Positions 9,186 to 18,375 of a stretch of DNA of 64,000 nt are shown one piece after another. Source of the DNA: a virus (taxonomy: Duplodnaviria; Heunggongvirae; Uroviricota; Caudoviricetes); the IMG/VR virus record IMGVR_UViG_3300038345_000251, positions 311,248 through 375,247 of that record; one strand, given 5' to 3'. The translations under genes were made by a program, and so were the position numbers. Every line of letters begins with the position of its first letter. Positions within the stretch are counted from its first letter, which is position 1. The notes below the pieces were generated by a model. That model ran no database searches. It saw only the letters and a program-made list of their open reading frames with translations, and had not been told where the DNA came from.

Positions 9186-9495
9186 TGTGGATTGGCAAAA
9201 GTTTGCTGAATCGCTGTTATGGCATATTATTGTATATGATAAGAACGCTGATAGTGGATATGATATGATGTCAAACGGAGAAATTGGATGTTTTCGTTTT
9301 TCTTCGATTATAGACCCGTTTAGTTATAGACATTTAACTTGGAAAGAACTTGCACTTGAACTTGGATTATTTAAAGAATATTTAACGCCTGACGGCATAA
9401 ATGTAAAGGTTGTCCTAAAGAAAACGATTGTACAGCATTCTTTAAATATGATGAAGACCATGAACGTTGTAATTGGTGGACAGAAAATATTTTAA
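9172..9495 (+). CDS. hypothetical protein
   Basis: ORF overlapping the rmlC stop, on the same strand. Confidence 0.45.
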   Translation: MRKDNVDWQKFAESLLWHIIVYDKNADSGYDMMSNGEIGCFRFSSIIDPFSYRHLTWKELALELGLFKEYLTPDGINVKVVLKKTIVQHSLNMMKTMNVVIGGQKIF

Positions 9496-9502
9496 AGAAA
9501 AT

Positions 9503-9534
9503 TTTGGATAATTAAAATATTTTTCATATCTTTG
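9503..9534 (+). promoter_or_regulatory. promoter: TTTG, N20, TATCTTTG
   Basis: Consensus match. Shares the extended atttggataattaaaa motif with the promoter at 44626. Confidence 0.5.
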
Positions 9535-9555
9535 CAGTGTAATTCTTTAAAAAAT

Positions 9556-9888
9556 ATGGAAAAAGGAAAACCAATTAATGTAGAAGAAATTGATTCACTA
9601 TTTAAAAAATCAATTCCTAATGTTATTATTGACGCATTTAACTCTTTGATTCTTAAACATTACTCAACCATTACTAAATCTAGTGTAGTTAAACAGGAAG
9701 AAGTATTGGAAATTGTTTGTGGTGATGAAGAAGGAAAGTTTAAACGAAGCGAAGTTTTTAACAATCATTGGCTTGATGTAGAAGAAATTTTTCATGAAGC
9801 AGGATGGGTTGTTGAATATGATAGGCCTTTCTATATGGCAGGTGAAAATTTTGAACCATATTTTTCGTTTAGTAAACCAAAGCAATAA
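9556..9888 (+). CDS. hypothetical protein
   Basis: ATG 21 nt downstream of the promoter -7 box TATCTTTG (9527-9534). Confidence 0.5.
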   Translation: MEKGKPINVEEIDSLFKKSIPNVIIDAFNSLILKHYSTITKSSVVKQEEVLEIVCGDEEGKFKRSEVFNNHWLDVEEIFHEAGWVVEYDRPFYMAGENFEPYFSFSKPKQ

Positions 9889-9889
9889 T

Positions 9890-10036
9890 ATGGCAGATAT
9901 TAATGTATATTATAAAAGAAGTGAAGGTGTAAGTGAATGGCTTGCGTCTTTCAATAAACTTACATATGCAGAAATCTTTGTTGAAGGACTTATTGACAAA
10001 GGTTATGATGAAAATAAAATAATTTATGAGTTTTAA
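9890..10036 (+). CDS. hypothetical small protein (49 aa)
   Basis: ATG immediately after the upstream stop. Tightly packed. Confidence 0.3.
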   Translation: MADINVYYKRSEGVSEWLASFNKLTYAEIFVEGLIDKGYDENKIIYEF

Positions 10037-10038
10037 TT

Positions 10039-10965
10039 ATGATTAGAATTTTAGGAGAAGAAATCAAGGTGAATCATTTTCCAGATGGTTCACAAATGCT
10101 GTTAAATTTTGAACAAATTGATAGAATTGTAGGATATGCTCGTGAAAATGAAACGATGTACTCAATATCTATTCATTGGAATTATGAAAATGATGAAGAA
10201 TTAGTTACTTTGTTTTATCTTGTAAAACATATTCGTCAATGTGTTAAAGATTGTGCATTAGACTTGCATATGAGTTATATACCAAATGCAAGACTTGATA
10301 GAATTAAGAAAAATAGCGAAGTGTTTACATTAAAATATTTTGCTGATTTTATTAATTCTTTGAACTTTAGATATGTATATGTTTTTGACCCGCATTCTGA
10401 TGTAAGTGCTGCATTAATTAATAATATTAATATAATGTCACCCGAAAATGCTATTGATAAAGCATTTGATGGTATATGCCGTGATTTGTTTGGATGCGCA
10501 TGGAATATAAAGGATAAATATGAAAACATAGTGTTATATTATCCTGATTACGGTGCAAAGAAACGTTATTCAAGTCTTAAAAAGTTTGAGAAATTTAAAC
10601 TTGTTTATGGTTGTAAAACCAGGGATTGGGAAACAGGTAAGATTACAGGTTTGAAAATCTGTGATAAAGACGGTATCGTAATTGATTATTCTGAAGATAA
10701 AGAGATACTTAAAGATAAAGTTGTCTTAATGATTGATGATATTGTTTCTTATGGTGGCACACTTGCTTATAGTGCTGACGCACTTAAAGAATATGGTACA
10801 AAAGATATTTATGCATATGCATCCCATACTGAAAACAGTATTCTTGATAAAGAAAAGAGTACACTTCTTAAGAGACTTGAAAATGGAACAGTTAAACGTT
10901 TGTTTACAACAAATAGTATTTATCGTGGTGAAAATGAACATATTGAAGTAAATAATATTTTCTAA
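10039..10965 (+). CDS. ribose-phosphate pyrophosphokinase (Prs)-like enzyme, candidate ADPR-PP synthetase (Adps) of a NARP1-like NAD reconstitution pathway
   Basis: FPDGS, IPNARLDR, FDPHS, YPDYGA and VVLMIDDIVSYGGTLAYSADALKEYGTKDIYAYASH are collinear with E. coli Prs motifs. Confidence 0.7.
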   Translation: MIRILGEEIKVNHFPDGSQMLLNFEQIDRIVGYARENETMYSISIHWNYENDEELVTLFYLVKHIRQCVKDCALDLHMSYIPNARLDRIKKNSEVFTLKYFADFINSLNFRYVYVFDPHSDVSAALINNINIMSPENAIDKAFDGICRDLFGCAWNIKDKYENIVLYYPDYGAKKRYSSLKKFEKFKLVYGCKTRDWETGKITGLKICDKDGIVIDYSEDKEILKDKVVLMIDDIVSYGGTLAYSADALKEYGTKDIYAYASHTENSILDKEKSTLLKRLENGTVKRLFTTNSIYRGENEHIEVNNIF

Positions 10966-11225
10966 TGAAAAAAGAAAAGATTTATATTTGTGACCGTTGT
11001 GGTAGTGAAATTGATACAGAGAAAGAACCTTATGGTGAATTAGATTATGCATACAATGTTAAAAACAAAAGAGGCTATAACTGCCGAATGTCTTTAACAG
11101 GTAGTTATGAGCATACACATCTTTGTAAAAAATGTGCTGATTTATTTCATACTGTTCTTGGACTGTATGGGTTTGAAACTATTAGAGATAAATGGTGGGA
11201 TGAAAGTATTAATTTAAAAAAATGA
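10965..11225 (+). CDS. zinc-ribbon protein (CxxC...CxxC)
   Basis: CDRCGSE...CKKCAD. Confidence 0.45.
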   Translation: MKKEKIYICDRCGSEIDTEKEPYGELDYAYNVKNKRGYNCRMSLTGSYEHTHLCKKCADLFHTVLGLYGFETIRDKWWDESINLKK

Positions 11226-11884
11226 AACTGTTAGAAAACGAAGAATACTATATTGCTTATGCAACTATTAGTGGAAAGAAAGAAATAAGTAATATAATTG
11301 TGCCAAGTAAAATTAAAATTGTTAAAATTGATTTTACTGGAACATATTATATGTGTTATAAAGACGAAGACAAAATTCCTTTTTTAACTATACCAAAAGA
11401 AGATTTTGATAAAGATGAAGAGAATTATTGTTGTGAAACATTAAAAGGAATTGTTTGTGTTTCTAAAGACAGTAATTGGGTAAATAACAAATATTTTACT
11501 TGGCTTAAAAAAGCACTTTGGTGGTTTGATGCATATGCTAATGAACAGGTTCGAAAATTAAAGGAAAAACTTGATGAAAAAAGAGAAAAATATAGTACTG
11601 TAATCAAAGATACAATAAGAATTGGTATTGACAATTGTCCTAAGTTATCAGAAGAAGAAATACAAGAATATTTTGAGAATCATAGTGAAAAATCTCACAG
11701 ATATTGTTGGAAATCATATAAGTCTGCAATTCTTAATTATTACGAAACCTATAGACATTTTTATTGGTGGGACACACCATCCAAGTTTTGGAAAGATTTT
11801 GATTTCTATACAGAAAGAAAAACACAGAAATGGTTGTTTAATCATGAACCGTTTCAACCTAATTATTCAGAAGATGATTCATAG
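11222..11884 (+). CDS. hypothetical protein
   Basis: ORF overlapping the upstream stop. Confidence 0.5.
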   Translation: MKLLENEEYYIAYATISGKKEISNIIVPSKIKIVKIDFTGTYYMCYKDEDKIPFLTIPKEDFDKDEENYCCETLKGIVCVSKDSNWVNNKYFTWLKKALWWFDAYANEQVRKLKEKLDEKREKYSTVIKDTIRIGIDNCPKLSEEEIQEYFENHSEKSHRYCWKSYKSAILNYYETYRHFYWWDTPSKFWKDFDFYTERKTQKWLFNHEPFQPNYSEDDS

Positions 11885-11927
11885 TTTGGTATAAAAATTG
11901 ATAATGTATTTTTAAAAATTAAAAAAT

Positions 11928-11978
11928 ATGGAAATTAATGCTTTATTACTTAAAGATTTTTACAAAGCAGTGCATTAA
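11928..11978 (+). pseudogene. 5' fragment (16 codons, MEINALLLKDFYKAVH*) homologous to the start of the NAMPT-family gene at 13013
   Basis: About 78% nt identity to 13013-13063. Ends in a stop codon. Lies directly upstream of the GIY-YIG endonuclease gene. Confidence 0.5.
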
Positions 11979-12038
11979 AAACAGATTTTTATAAACTTTT
12001 TCATTATTGTTAATATTTATTAATAAAGGATATACGAC

Positions 12039-13007
12039 ATGGAAAAGATTGTTTTAGAAGAGTTATTAAATGGTGCTACTGTAACGTTGCCTGAATTTAC
12101 AAGTCATAAAAACATTGTTTATTGTTGTGAAAATTGTTTAAATGGAAAAGTTTATATTGGAGAAACTAAAAGAAGTTTAAGAGAAAGGTGGATTGACCAT
12201 AAAAATTGTATGAATAAAACGTGTAAAAGGAATATAAAAGCCGCTATTTATGATGCAATAAGAAAATATGGTACAACAAACTTTTATGTTTACATATTAG
12301 AAGAAAATTTAGAAAACGATGATAAAAGAAAAGAAAGAGAAAAGTATTGGATTTCTAAATTTAATGCATTTATTGATGCTGAAAACAGTAATGGTTATAA
12401 CATGACCACAGGAGGCTATTGTGAATCCAAAATCTCAAAACAAAAAGTAAAGAGAGAAACAAAAACATGTATTGAAAAATATGGTGTGTTACCAATAAAC
12501 ACGAAAGAAAGTAGGAAAAAGGCTTTAGAAACAAATAGGAAAAATCACAACGGTATTCTTGCTTTTCAAGCAGACATTTATAGAAAAAAAGGTAAAAAAA
12601 CACAAATTGAAAAGTATGGTATGTTAGCTGTTCATTTGCCTGAAAACAAAGAAAAAGCAAAAAAGGCAATGAAAGAATATAAAGAAAAAAATGGTGTTTT
12701 ACCTTTTAATACAAAAGAAGCAATAGAAAAAGCACAAAAGGTTGCTCCTTTATATAGAATGATAAGTTGTATAAACAGACATTTGAAAATATTAAAGGAA
12801 AAAAGTTTGAAAATTAATGCAACAAACTATGTGTTTGAAACAAATGATGTTAAACATATGTGGCAACAACATGTTCCTCATGTGTTAAATAAACTTGATG
12901 AACTAAGAAAAATTGATAAATGGAGTAATGATATGGAGAATATATTTTCTAATATCATTTATGATAAAAAGGAAAAAGGAATTAAAAAAATTAAGTTTAA
13001 ATATTAA
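12039..13007 (+). CDS. GIY-YIG homing endonuclease (Seg-like) with repeated C-terminal DNA-binding motifs
   Basis: VYIGETKRSLRERWIDHKN is a GIY-YIG core with Arg and His. Repeats KYGVLPINTKESRKKA and KNGVLPFNTKEAIEKA. Confidence 0.7.
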   Translation: MEKIVLEELLNGATVTLPEFTSHKNIVYCCENCLNGKVYIGETKRSLRERWIDHKNCMNKTCKRNIKAAIYDAIRKYGTTNFYVYILEENLENDDKRKEREKYWISKFNAFIDAENSNGYNMTTGGYCESKISKQKVKRETKTCIEKYGVLPINTKESRKKALETNRKNHNGILAFQADIYRKKGKKTQIEKYGMLAVHLPENKEKAKKAMKEYKEKNGVLPFNTKEAIEKAQKVAPLYRMISCINRHLKILKEKSLKINATNYVFETNDVKHMWQQHVPHVLNKLDELRKIDKWSNDMENIFSNIIYDKKEKGIKKIKFKY

Positions 13008-13012
13008 AGCAT

Positions 13013-14638
13013 ATGAAAATAAATCCATTATTGTTATGTGATTTTTACAAAGCGGTTCATAACATGCAAATACCGCAGAACATGGTAAAATCTGTAAGTT
13101 ATTTTACACCTCGTAGTTCACGTATTAAAATTTGGGACCAGGTAGTTAATTTTGGTTTGCAAGCATTTTGTAAAACTTATCTTATTGATTATTTTAATAA
13201 GAATTTTTTTGAAAGACCAAAAAAAGAAGTTGTAAAAGAATATCGTAAATACATGGAAGATACTCTTGGTGTTGGCGTTTGTGATTTTACTAAGATTGAA
13301 AAACTCCATGATTTAGGTTATCTACCTATTGAAGTTGTTGCTCTTCCTGAAGGTATGTTGGTAGATATTCACGTACCTATGTTTGGTATCACTAATACTC
13401 ACCCTGACTTTGCTTGGCTTGGACAAGCTCTGGAATCCCTTATTTCCGCAGAACTCTGGTATCCTATGGTATGTGCTACTGTTGGTCACACATACCGTCA
13501 AATCGTGGATAAATGGTATTCAAAGACATGTGATGATAATGTACCTCGCAGACGTGCACTTGGTAATTTTGATTTTCGTGGAGACCAAGGACTTGATGCA
13601 GCACTTAAAGCAGGTTCTGCTTGGTGTTTGTCTTTTGTAAATACTGCAACTGTACCTGTAATTCCTTATCTTGAAAAGAATTATAACTGTAATTCTTCAA
13701 TAGAAGAAGTTGGATTTGGTGCTGTTTCTACTGAACATTTTGTAATGTGTTCTAACAGTGCTATTGATACCCTCAATAATCCAGATTATGAATATGCTGA
13801 CATCGACCCTTATCGTGAACGTATATTTTTGAAGAAACTTCTTACTGAACTTTATCCTAACACTTCATTCAGTTGTGTATGTGATAGTTATGATTATTGG
13901 AATGTTGTGGAAAATATTCTTCCAACATTGAAAGAAGAAATCCTTAACCATAATGGTTGTTTACTTGTACGTGGTGATAGTGGTGATTGTGTAAAGGTTG
14001 TTACTGAAACTGTATTCAAACTTTGGGATATTTTTGGTGGTACTGTTAATAGTAAAGGGTATAAAGTACTTAATCCACACGTTAAAGCACTTTATGGTGA
14101 TAGTATTACTATTCAACGTGCAGATAAGATTTATTCTATTCTTGAACAGAATGGTTTTGCTGCACAGAACGTAAGTCTTGGTGTTGGTTCTTTCAGTATG
14201 CATTGTATTGAAGAAGTTGCTGATGTAACAGTAAGAAACTATGTTCCTGCTACCGATGGTTGTACTTCTGTTGAGGTTACTACAGGTGAAGCAGTTATTC
14301 TTTCTCCTTTCACTAGAGACACGTTTGGAATGGCGATTAAAGCTGTCTATGGTGAGTTTTTGAATGAGGATGGCAGTGTTACTAAACTTTCAATATTTAA
14401 AGACCCTAAGACTGACAGAGAATCAGGTGGTGGTAATTTCAAGAAATCACAGAAAGGATGTTGTAAAGTATTTTGGCGTGATAAATGGAACAGACGTATT
14501 ACATTTGAAGATGGTCTAACGTGGGATGAGGCTTCAACACCTGATAATTTAATGCAACCTATTTTCAAAGATGGTAAAATGATAGAAGAGCAAACCCTAT
14601 CTGAAATTCGTTATAGATTGAATAATGGAAAGTTCTAA
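13013..14638 (+). CDS. NAMPT-family phosphoribosyltransferase (NadV-like), or Namat-like nicotinamide-ADPR transferase if paired with the Prs-like gene
   Basis: Extensive collinearity with human NAMPT: DFYKAVH, IEVVALPEG, FDFRG, CDSYD, VRGDSGD, NSKGYKVL and FKDP...KK. Confidence 0.85.
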   Translation: MKINPLLLCDFYKAVHNMQIPQNMVKSVSYFTPRSSRIKIWDQVVNFGLQAFCKTYLIDYFNKNFFERPKKEVVKEYRKYMEDTLGVGVCDFTKIEKLHDLGYLPIEVVALPEGMLVDIHVPMFGITNTHPDFAWLGQALESLISAELWYPMVCATVGHTYRQIVDKWYSKTCDDNVPRRRALGNFDFRGDQGLDAALKAGSAWCLSFVNTATVPVIPYLEKNYNCNSSIEEVGFGAVSTEHFVMCSNSAIDTLNNPDYEYADIDPYRERIFLKKLLTELYPNTSFSCVCDSYDYWNVVENILPTLKEEILNHNGCLLVRGDSGDCVKVVTETVFKLWDIFGGTVNSKGYKVLNPHVKALYGDSITIQRADKIYSILEQNGFAAQNVSLGVGSFSMHCIEEVADVTVRNYVPATDGCTSVEVTTGEAVILSPFTRDTFGMAIKAVYGEFLNEDGSVTKLSIFKDPKTDRESGGGNFKKSQKGCCKVFWRDKWNRRITFEDGLTWDEASTPDNLMQPIFKDGKMIEEQTLSEIRYRLNNGKF

Positions 14639-14668
14639 AGTTCGGAGTTTTCCTGAACTTTTTTTATG
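14639..14668 (+). terminator. hairpin + T-tract after the NAMPT-family gene
   Basis: agttcggagttttcctgaact, then ttttttt. Confidence 0.45.
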
Positions 14669-14683
14669 TGAAAAAAACTTGAT

Positions 14684-14709
14684 TTTGTAATATTTATTAT
14701 GTACATTTG
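14684..14709 (+). promoter_or_regulatory. promoter-like: TACATTTG (14702-14709) with a short-spaced TTTG
   Basis: Lies upstream of the OmpA-like gene. The -33 spacing is suboptimal. Confidence 0.3.
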
Positions 14710-14750
14710 TACAATGTAAACTTAATAATAACTTTAAAAAAAGAAAAATT

Positions 14751-15878
14751 ATGAAGAAATTAATGACGATGATTGCAATCGCAATCTTAACAATCGGTAC
14801 AGCTTTTGCACAGGAAAACGCTAATCGTAGCGACAGCAATACAGTTGTACGTGGACCTTATTTGACTAATAACAACTTTTTTGACAATACATTCATTGGT
14901 GTTGGTGGTGGAGTAAACACCTTTGTCGCAAAAGACATCAACTTTTTACCAATAACTCCTGGTATTAATGCAGAAGCATTCCTTGGTAAATGGTACACTC
15001 CTACTATTGGTACACGTATTGGTTACAAAGGTTTAACCAATGTCGTTGAACAGAATACTAAATATTGGCAGCATTATGTACACGGTGATTTTATGTGGAA
15101 TCTTTCAAATGCTCTTGGTGGATATAAAGAAACAAGATTTTGGGATGTTATTCCTTATGTTACCGCAGGTGCATATGACATTGTAAATCAAGCAAACGGT
15201 CACAACCTTGAATATGGTGCAGGTGCAGGTATCTATAATAAGATTAGACTTACTGATAGAGTTAACCTTTACCTTGACATCAATACTCTTGTTGTAAGAG
15301 CAAATGCTTATCTTAAAACCCCTCATCGTTTTGGTTTCACACCAAGTGCAAGTTTTGGTATTGTCATCAATCTTGGTAAGAACACTGGTTTCAAACGTTC
15401 ATCAACCGTTCTTGCAAACTATTGTACAGTAAGTGACTATAACGATGTTGTAGCAAAGAACAAAGAATACGAAAGCAAAGTAAACTGTCTTGAAAATCAG
15501 AACAAAGGACTTCAGGCAACTGTTGATTCACTTAATAAGGTAAAACCTGAAATTAAGGAAATTGTTAAAGAAGTTCCTGTAAATGAAGTTTCAGTTTATT
15601 TTGAAAAAGGTAAATATGTTGTATCAGAAAAAGAACTTTCACACCTTATTGACTATGCTAAATCAGTAGACAGTACAATCGTTGTTAAAGTTATTGGTTC
15701 AGCAGATTCTAAAGAAGGTAGTGTAGAAAGAAATCAATTCCTTTCAGAACAGAGAGCAAAAGTAGTTAAAGATATTCTTATCAATAAATTTGGTTTTGAT
15801 GAAAAGAACATTGTAGTTGAAACTGCTATTGATGTTGCTGATACTCCAGAAAGAAGTAGAGTTGCTATTGTAAAATAG
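14751..15878 (+). CDS. OmpA-family outer-membrane protein (signal peptide, predicted beta-barrel, OmpA C-terminal domain)
   Basis: Signal peptide MKKLMTMIAIAILTIGTAFAQE. C-terminal SEQRAKVVKDIL... in an OmpA_C-like domain. GC-richer than its neighbours. Confidence 0.7.
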   Translation: MKKLMTMIAIAILTIGTAFAQENANRSDSNTVVRGPYLTNNNFFDNTFIGVGGGVNTFVAKDINFLPITPGINAEAFLGKWYTPTIGTRIGYKGLTNVVEQNTKYWQHYVHGDFMWNLSNALGGYKETRFWDVIPYVTAGAYDIVNQANGHNLEYGAGAGIYNKIRLTDRVNLYLDINTLVVRANAYLKTPHRFGFTPSASFGIVINLGKNTGFKRSSTVLANYCTVSDYNDVVAKNKEYESKVNCLENQNKGLQATVDSLNKVKPEIKEIVKEVPVNEVSVYFEKGKYVVSEKELSHLIDYAKSVDSTIVVKVIGSADSKEGSVERNQFLSEQRAKVVKDILINKFGFDEKNIVVETAIDVADTPERSRVAIVK

Positions 15879-15905
15879 AGTTAATGAATTTAGTCAAATA
15901 AAGTT

Positions 15906-15938
15906 AAACCCCATTTTCTTACGAAAGTGGGGTTTTTT
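15906..15938 (+). terminator. rho-independent terminator (aaacccca...tggggttttttg), between convergent genes
   Basis: 7-bp GC-rich stem plus a U-tract. Confidence 0.7.
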
Positions 15939-15959
15939 GATTAACGCGATTTTGGATAA

Positions 15960-16388
15960 TTACTTGAAATTTGCTCTATAAAGATATTTATTTGCTTTTT
16001 CAAGTATATCGTCAATAACAGCACAGATTGCATTATCGTTATCATTCTTAACAGAAGTGGCTTTATCAATAAGTTCATTTAAGATAGATTTAACATCTTC
16101 TGATGATGAAGGACTTGTACCATTAATCTTTAATGTAATGTTTTTATTACTGATAAATGCTTCAGATAATGTATCTTCCCATTCAAATAAGTTATTAATA
16201 ATCTCATCTGTTAAAAGATGAAGTGCATTATTTCTTGTATTCCAATGAATTTCTCTTACAGGTAATTGTGCGTTATGAAGGAAAGAAATCAAATCAATAA
16301 CTTTATCGTTATTTTCTGCTTCTTCTTTAATTATTCGTTTAACACTTTCGGAAATTATTTGTTTTAAGTCTTGTTCAGTAAGTTTCAT
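15960..16388 (-). CDS. hypothetical protein
   Basis: ORF on the - strand, convergent with the OmpA-like gene. Shares the terminator at 15906-15938. Confidence 0.5.
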   Translation of the reverse strand: MKLTEQDLKQIISESVKRIIKEEAENNDKVIDLISFLHNAQLPVREIHWNTRNNALHLLTDEIINNLFEWEDTLSEAFISNKNITLKINGTSPSSSEDVKSILNELIDKATSVKNDNDNAICAVIDDILEKANKYLYRANFK

Positions 16389-16479
16389 AGTATATATATT
16401 TTTATATATAAATAGTTATGAAAATTGTTTTGGCATATTATTTGATAATGATGTTTATAAAAAATAAATGTGTTTTTAT

Positions 16480-16953
16480 ATGAAAAAAATGTATTATAAT
16501 TTAAAGGCAAATCTTCTTGTTAGGAAGATTATGTTTTTTGAGTTTCCTGAGATTCTTAACAAGTATTATCAGTATTGTGATGGTACTTTGTCTGACAGTG
16601 ATTTTTCAGCCTTTAAGTCTGAAAATGGTGTGATTGATATTTATTACAAAAACTTTCATGTTCTTATTGTTAATAATAGTAAGGACAAAATTGTTAGTGT
16701 TAACTTAAAGAAAGATGAAGATAATTGGGTTATTAATAAAAACGATTATTCTAATCCAATTACCAAAACCTTTGAAATTTATCGTTGGTATGATGTAACC
16801 GTTTATGGTGAGGATAGGCACTTTAGTGAACATTATATAGAAGGTACTTGGAATGAGTATTTCTATAAAACACTTAAGTCACTTAATGCTACTATTAGTA
16901 ATATGACTGATAAAAATAAAATGTTAGCAGAATATTCACATATTAAAAAATAA
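16480..16953 (+). CDS. hypothetical protein
   Basis: ORF followed by a bidirectional terminator. Confidence 0.45.
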   Translation: MKKMYYNLKANLLVRKIMFFEFPEILNKYYQYCDGTLSDSDFSAFKSENGVIDIYYKNFHVLIVNNSKDKIVSVNLKKDEDNWVINKNDYSNPITKTFEIYRWYDVTVYGEDRHFSEHYIEGTWNEYFYKTLKSLNATISNMTDKNKMLAEYSHIKK

Positions 16954-16954
16954 A

Positions 16955-16985
16955 GAAAGCCGTAGGTTTCTACGGCTTTTCTTTT
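16955..16985. terminator. bidirectional terminator (agccgtag gttt ctacggct + T-tracts on both strands)
   Basis: Perfect 8-bp stem. Lies between the convergent 16480 (+) and 16984 (-) genes. Confidence 0.7.
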
Positions 16986-17768
16986 ATTCTAATCCACATA
17001 TTTTCTTTATTGCATTTACATGTATTCTTGCAATCATTTCCCTACCCCAATCACTTCGTAAAAACTCACAATCTTCTTTATTATCCATAAATAGATTTTC
17101 TGTTAAAATTGCAGGACAAAGTGATTTATAAATAATTGTGAAGTTTTCTTCATAATCTGGGTCTCCATCTGACATATCTTTTCTGGTTGTCATATTAAAA
17201 CGAGGAAGAAGGTTTTCTGCTTCGTTATAAAAAATTGTTGCAATTGCATCTGATTTAGTTACACCTTTGGTTGTGTAAACACTCCATCCTCTTGCTTTAC
17301 ACCATCCACCATTAGCACCTGCATTTGCATGAACAGAAATAAGTAAACAATTAGATGTTCCATATTTCTTACAGAAATTATTTACTCTATTTACTCTAGT
17401 TGTAAGTTTAACATCAACATCAACTTCAGGAGTAATAATTTCATATTTAATTCCTAATTTTTTCAATTCTTTTGCAATTCTTGAAACAACGTCTCTGTTA
17501 AATTCATATTCAAAGAATTGATACCCATCATTCCAAACAGGACTTCTTTTACCTGGGGTTGTACTTGCATGGCCATTGTCTAATAGAATAACTGTACCAT
17601 TGTAATTTCCTTTTACTAACATTTCGTTATTGTTTTCTTCATTATTTATTGGTTGTGTGTTTCCACTTGTTTCAATATTAGTTGTTTCTTGTTCAACTGG
17701 TTTTTCTTCTTTTTTTGAAAACAATTGTTTTAAAAGGCTCAAAAGTAAATCAAATATTTTTCCCATAA
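16984..17768 (-). CDS. N-acetylmuramoyl-L-alanine amidase (Amidase_3) endolysin
   Basis: LLDNGHASTTPGKRSP and ISVHANAG motifs. The start at 17768 (MGKIFD) is preferred over the ORF-track start at 17931, which adds an implausible hydrophobic leader. Confidence 0.65.
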
Positions 17769-17886
17769 AACATATTATTTTATATATAAATAGTTTTTTA
17801 TAGTAAAATGAATTTTTTGTACTATTTATAATTAAAATAAAGATAATAATTGGTTTTTTAACCCTTAGTATAAAACATTTATATAA

Positions 17887-18273
17887 ATGAAACGAGTAAC
17901 GATACATAAAAGAAGTAGTGTAGCCGACCAAATGCCAGCAAGTTTGGAATATGGCGAGATTGCAGTTAACTATTCAGCAAATAAAGAGTTCCTTTCAATC
18001 AGAAATTCAAGTAATAATATGGTAATATTCCCATCATCAGGTATTATTACCACAGCTATCAATACAGCAGTAAATGCAGAAAAGACAAGAGCGCAGGATG
18101 CTGAATCAACATTACAAACGAATATTGATAATGAAGCAACTGCACGTGCAAATAAAGATACTGAATTAGAAAATGCAATCAACGAATATAAGACAACTGT
18201 TGCTGCTGCTTTAAATGAATTACAGAACAGAACAACAAGTCTTGAATCAAGAGTAACTGCACTTGAACCTTAA
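17887..18273 (+). CDS. coiled-coil protein, possibly a fibre or structural component
   Basis: C-terminal heptad-like TELENAINEYKTTVAAALNELQNRTTSLESRVTALEP. Terminator at 18297-18331. Confidence 0.4.
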   Translation: MKRVTIHKRSSVADQMPASLEYGEIAVNYSANKEFLSIRNSSNNMVIFPSSGIITTAINTAVNAEKTRAQDAESTLQTNIDNEATARANKDTELENAINEYKTTVAAALNELQNRTTSLESRVTALEP

Positions 18274-18296
18274 CTGCCATAATCAAAAACTAATAT

Positions 18297-18331
18297 AAGC
18301 AAGTCAATTTTTATTGGCTTGCTTTTTTTTT
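18297..18331 (+). terminator. terminator (aagcaag...cttgctt + T9)
   Basis: 7-bp stem with a long T-run. Confidence 0.5.
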
Positions 18332-18353
18332 ACAATATTTTTTTGTACTTTTG
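18322..18353 (+). promoter_or_regulatory. promoter -7 box TACTTTTG (18346-18353)
   Basis: tttgTACTTTTGtag lies upstream of 18376. Confidence 0.4.
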
Positions 18354-18375
18354 TAGCAGATAAAAAAGTATATGT

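Noticed and set aside
17769-17931. Long N-terminal extension of the amidase ORF (start at 17931)
   Set aside because: The extension is a poly-Ile/Phe/Lys low-complexity leader overlapping the divergent promoter region. A clean start exists at 17768 (MGKIFD...).
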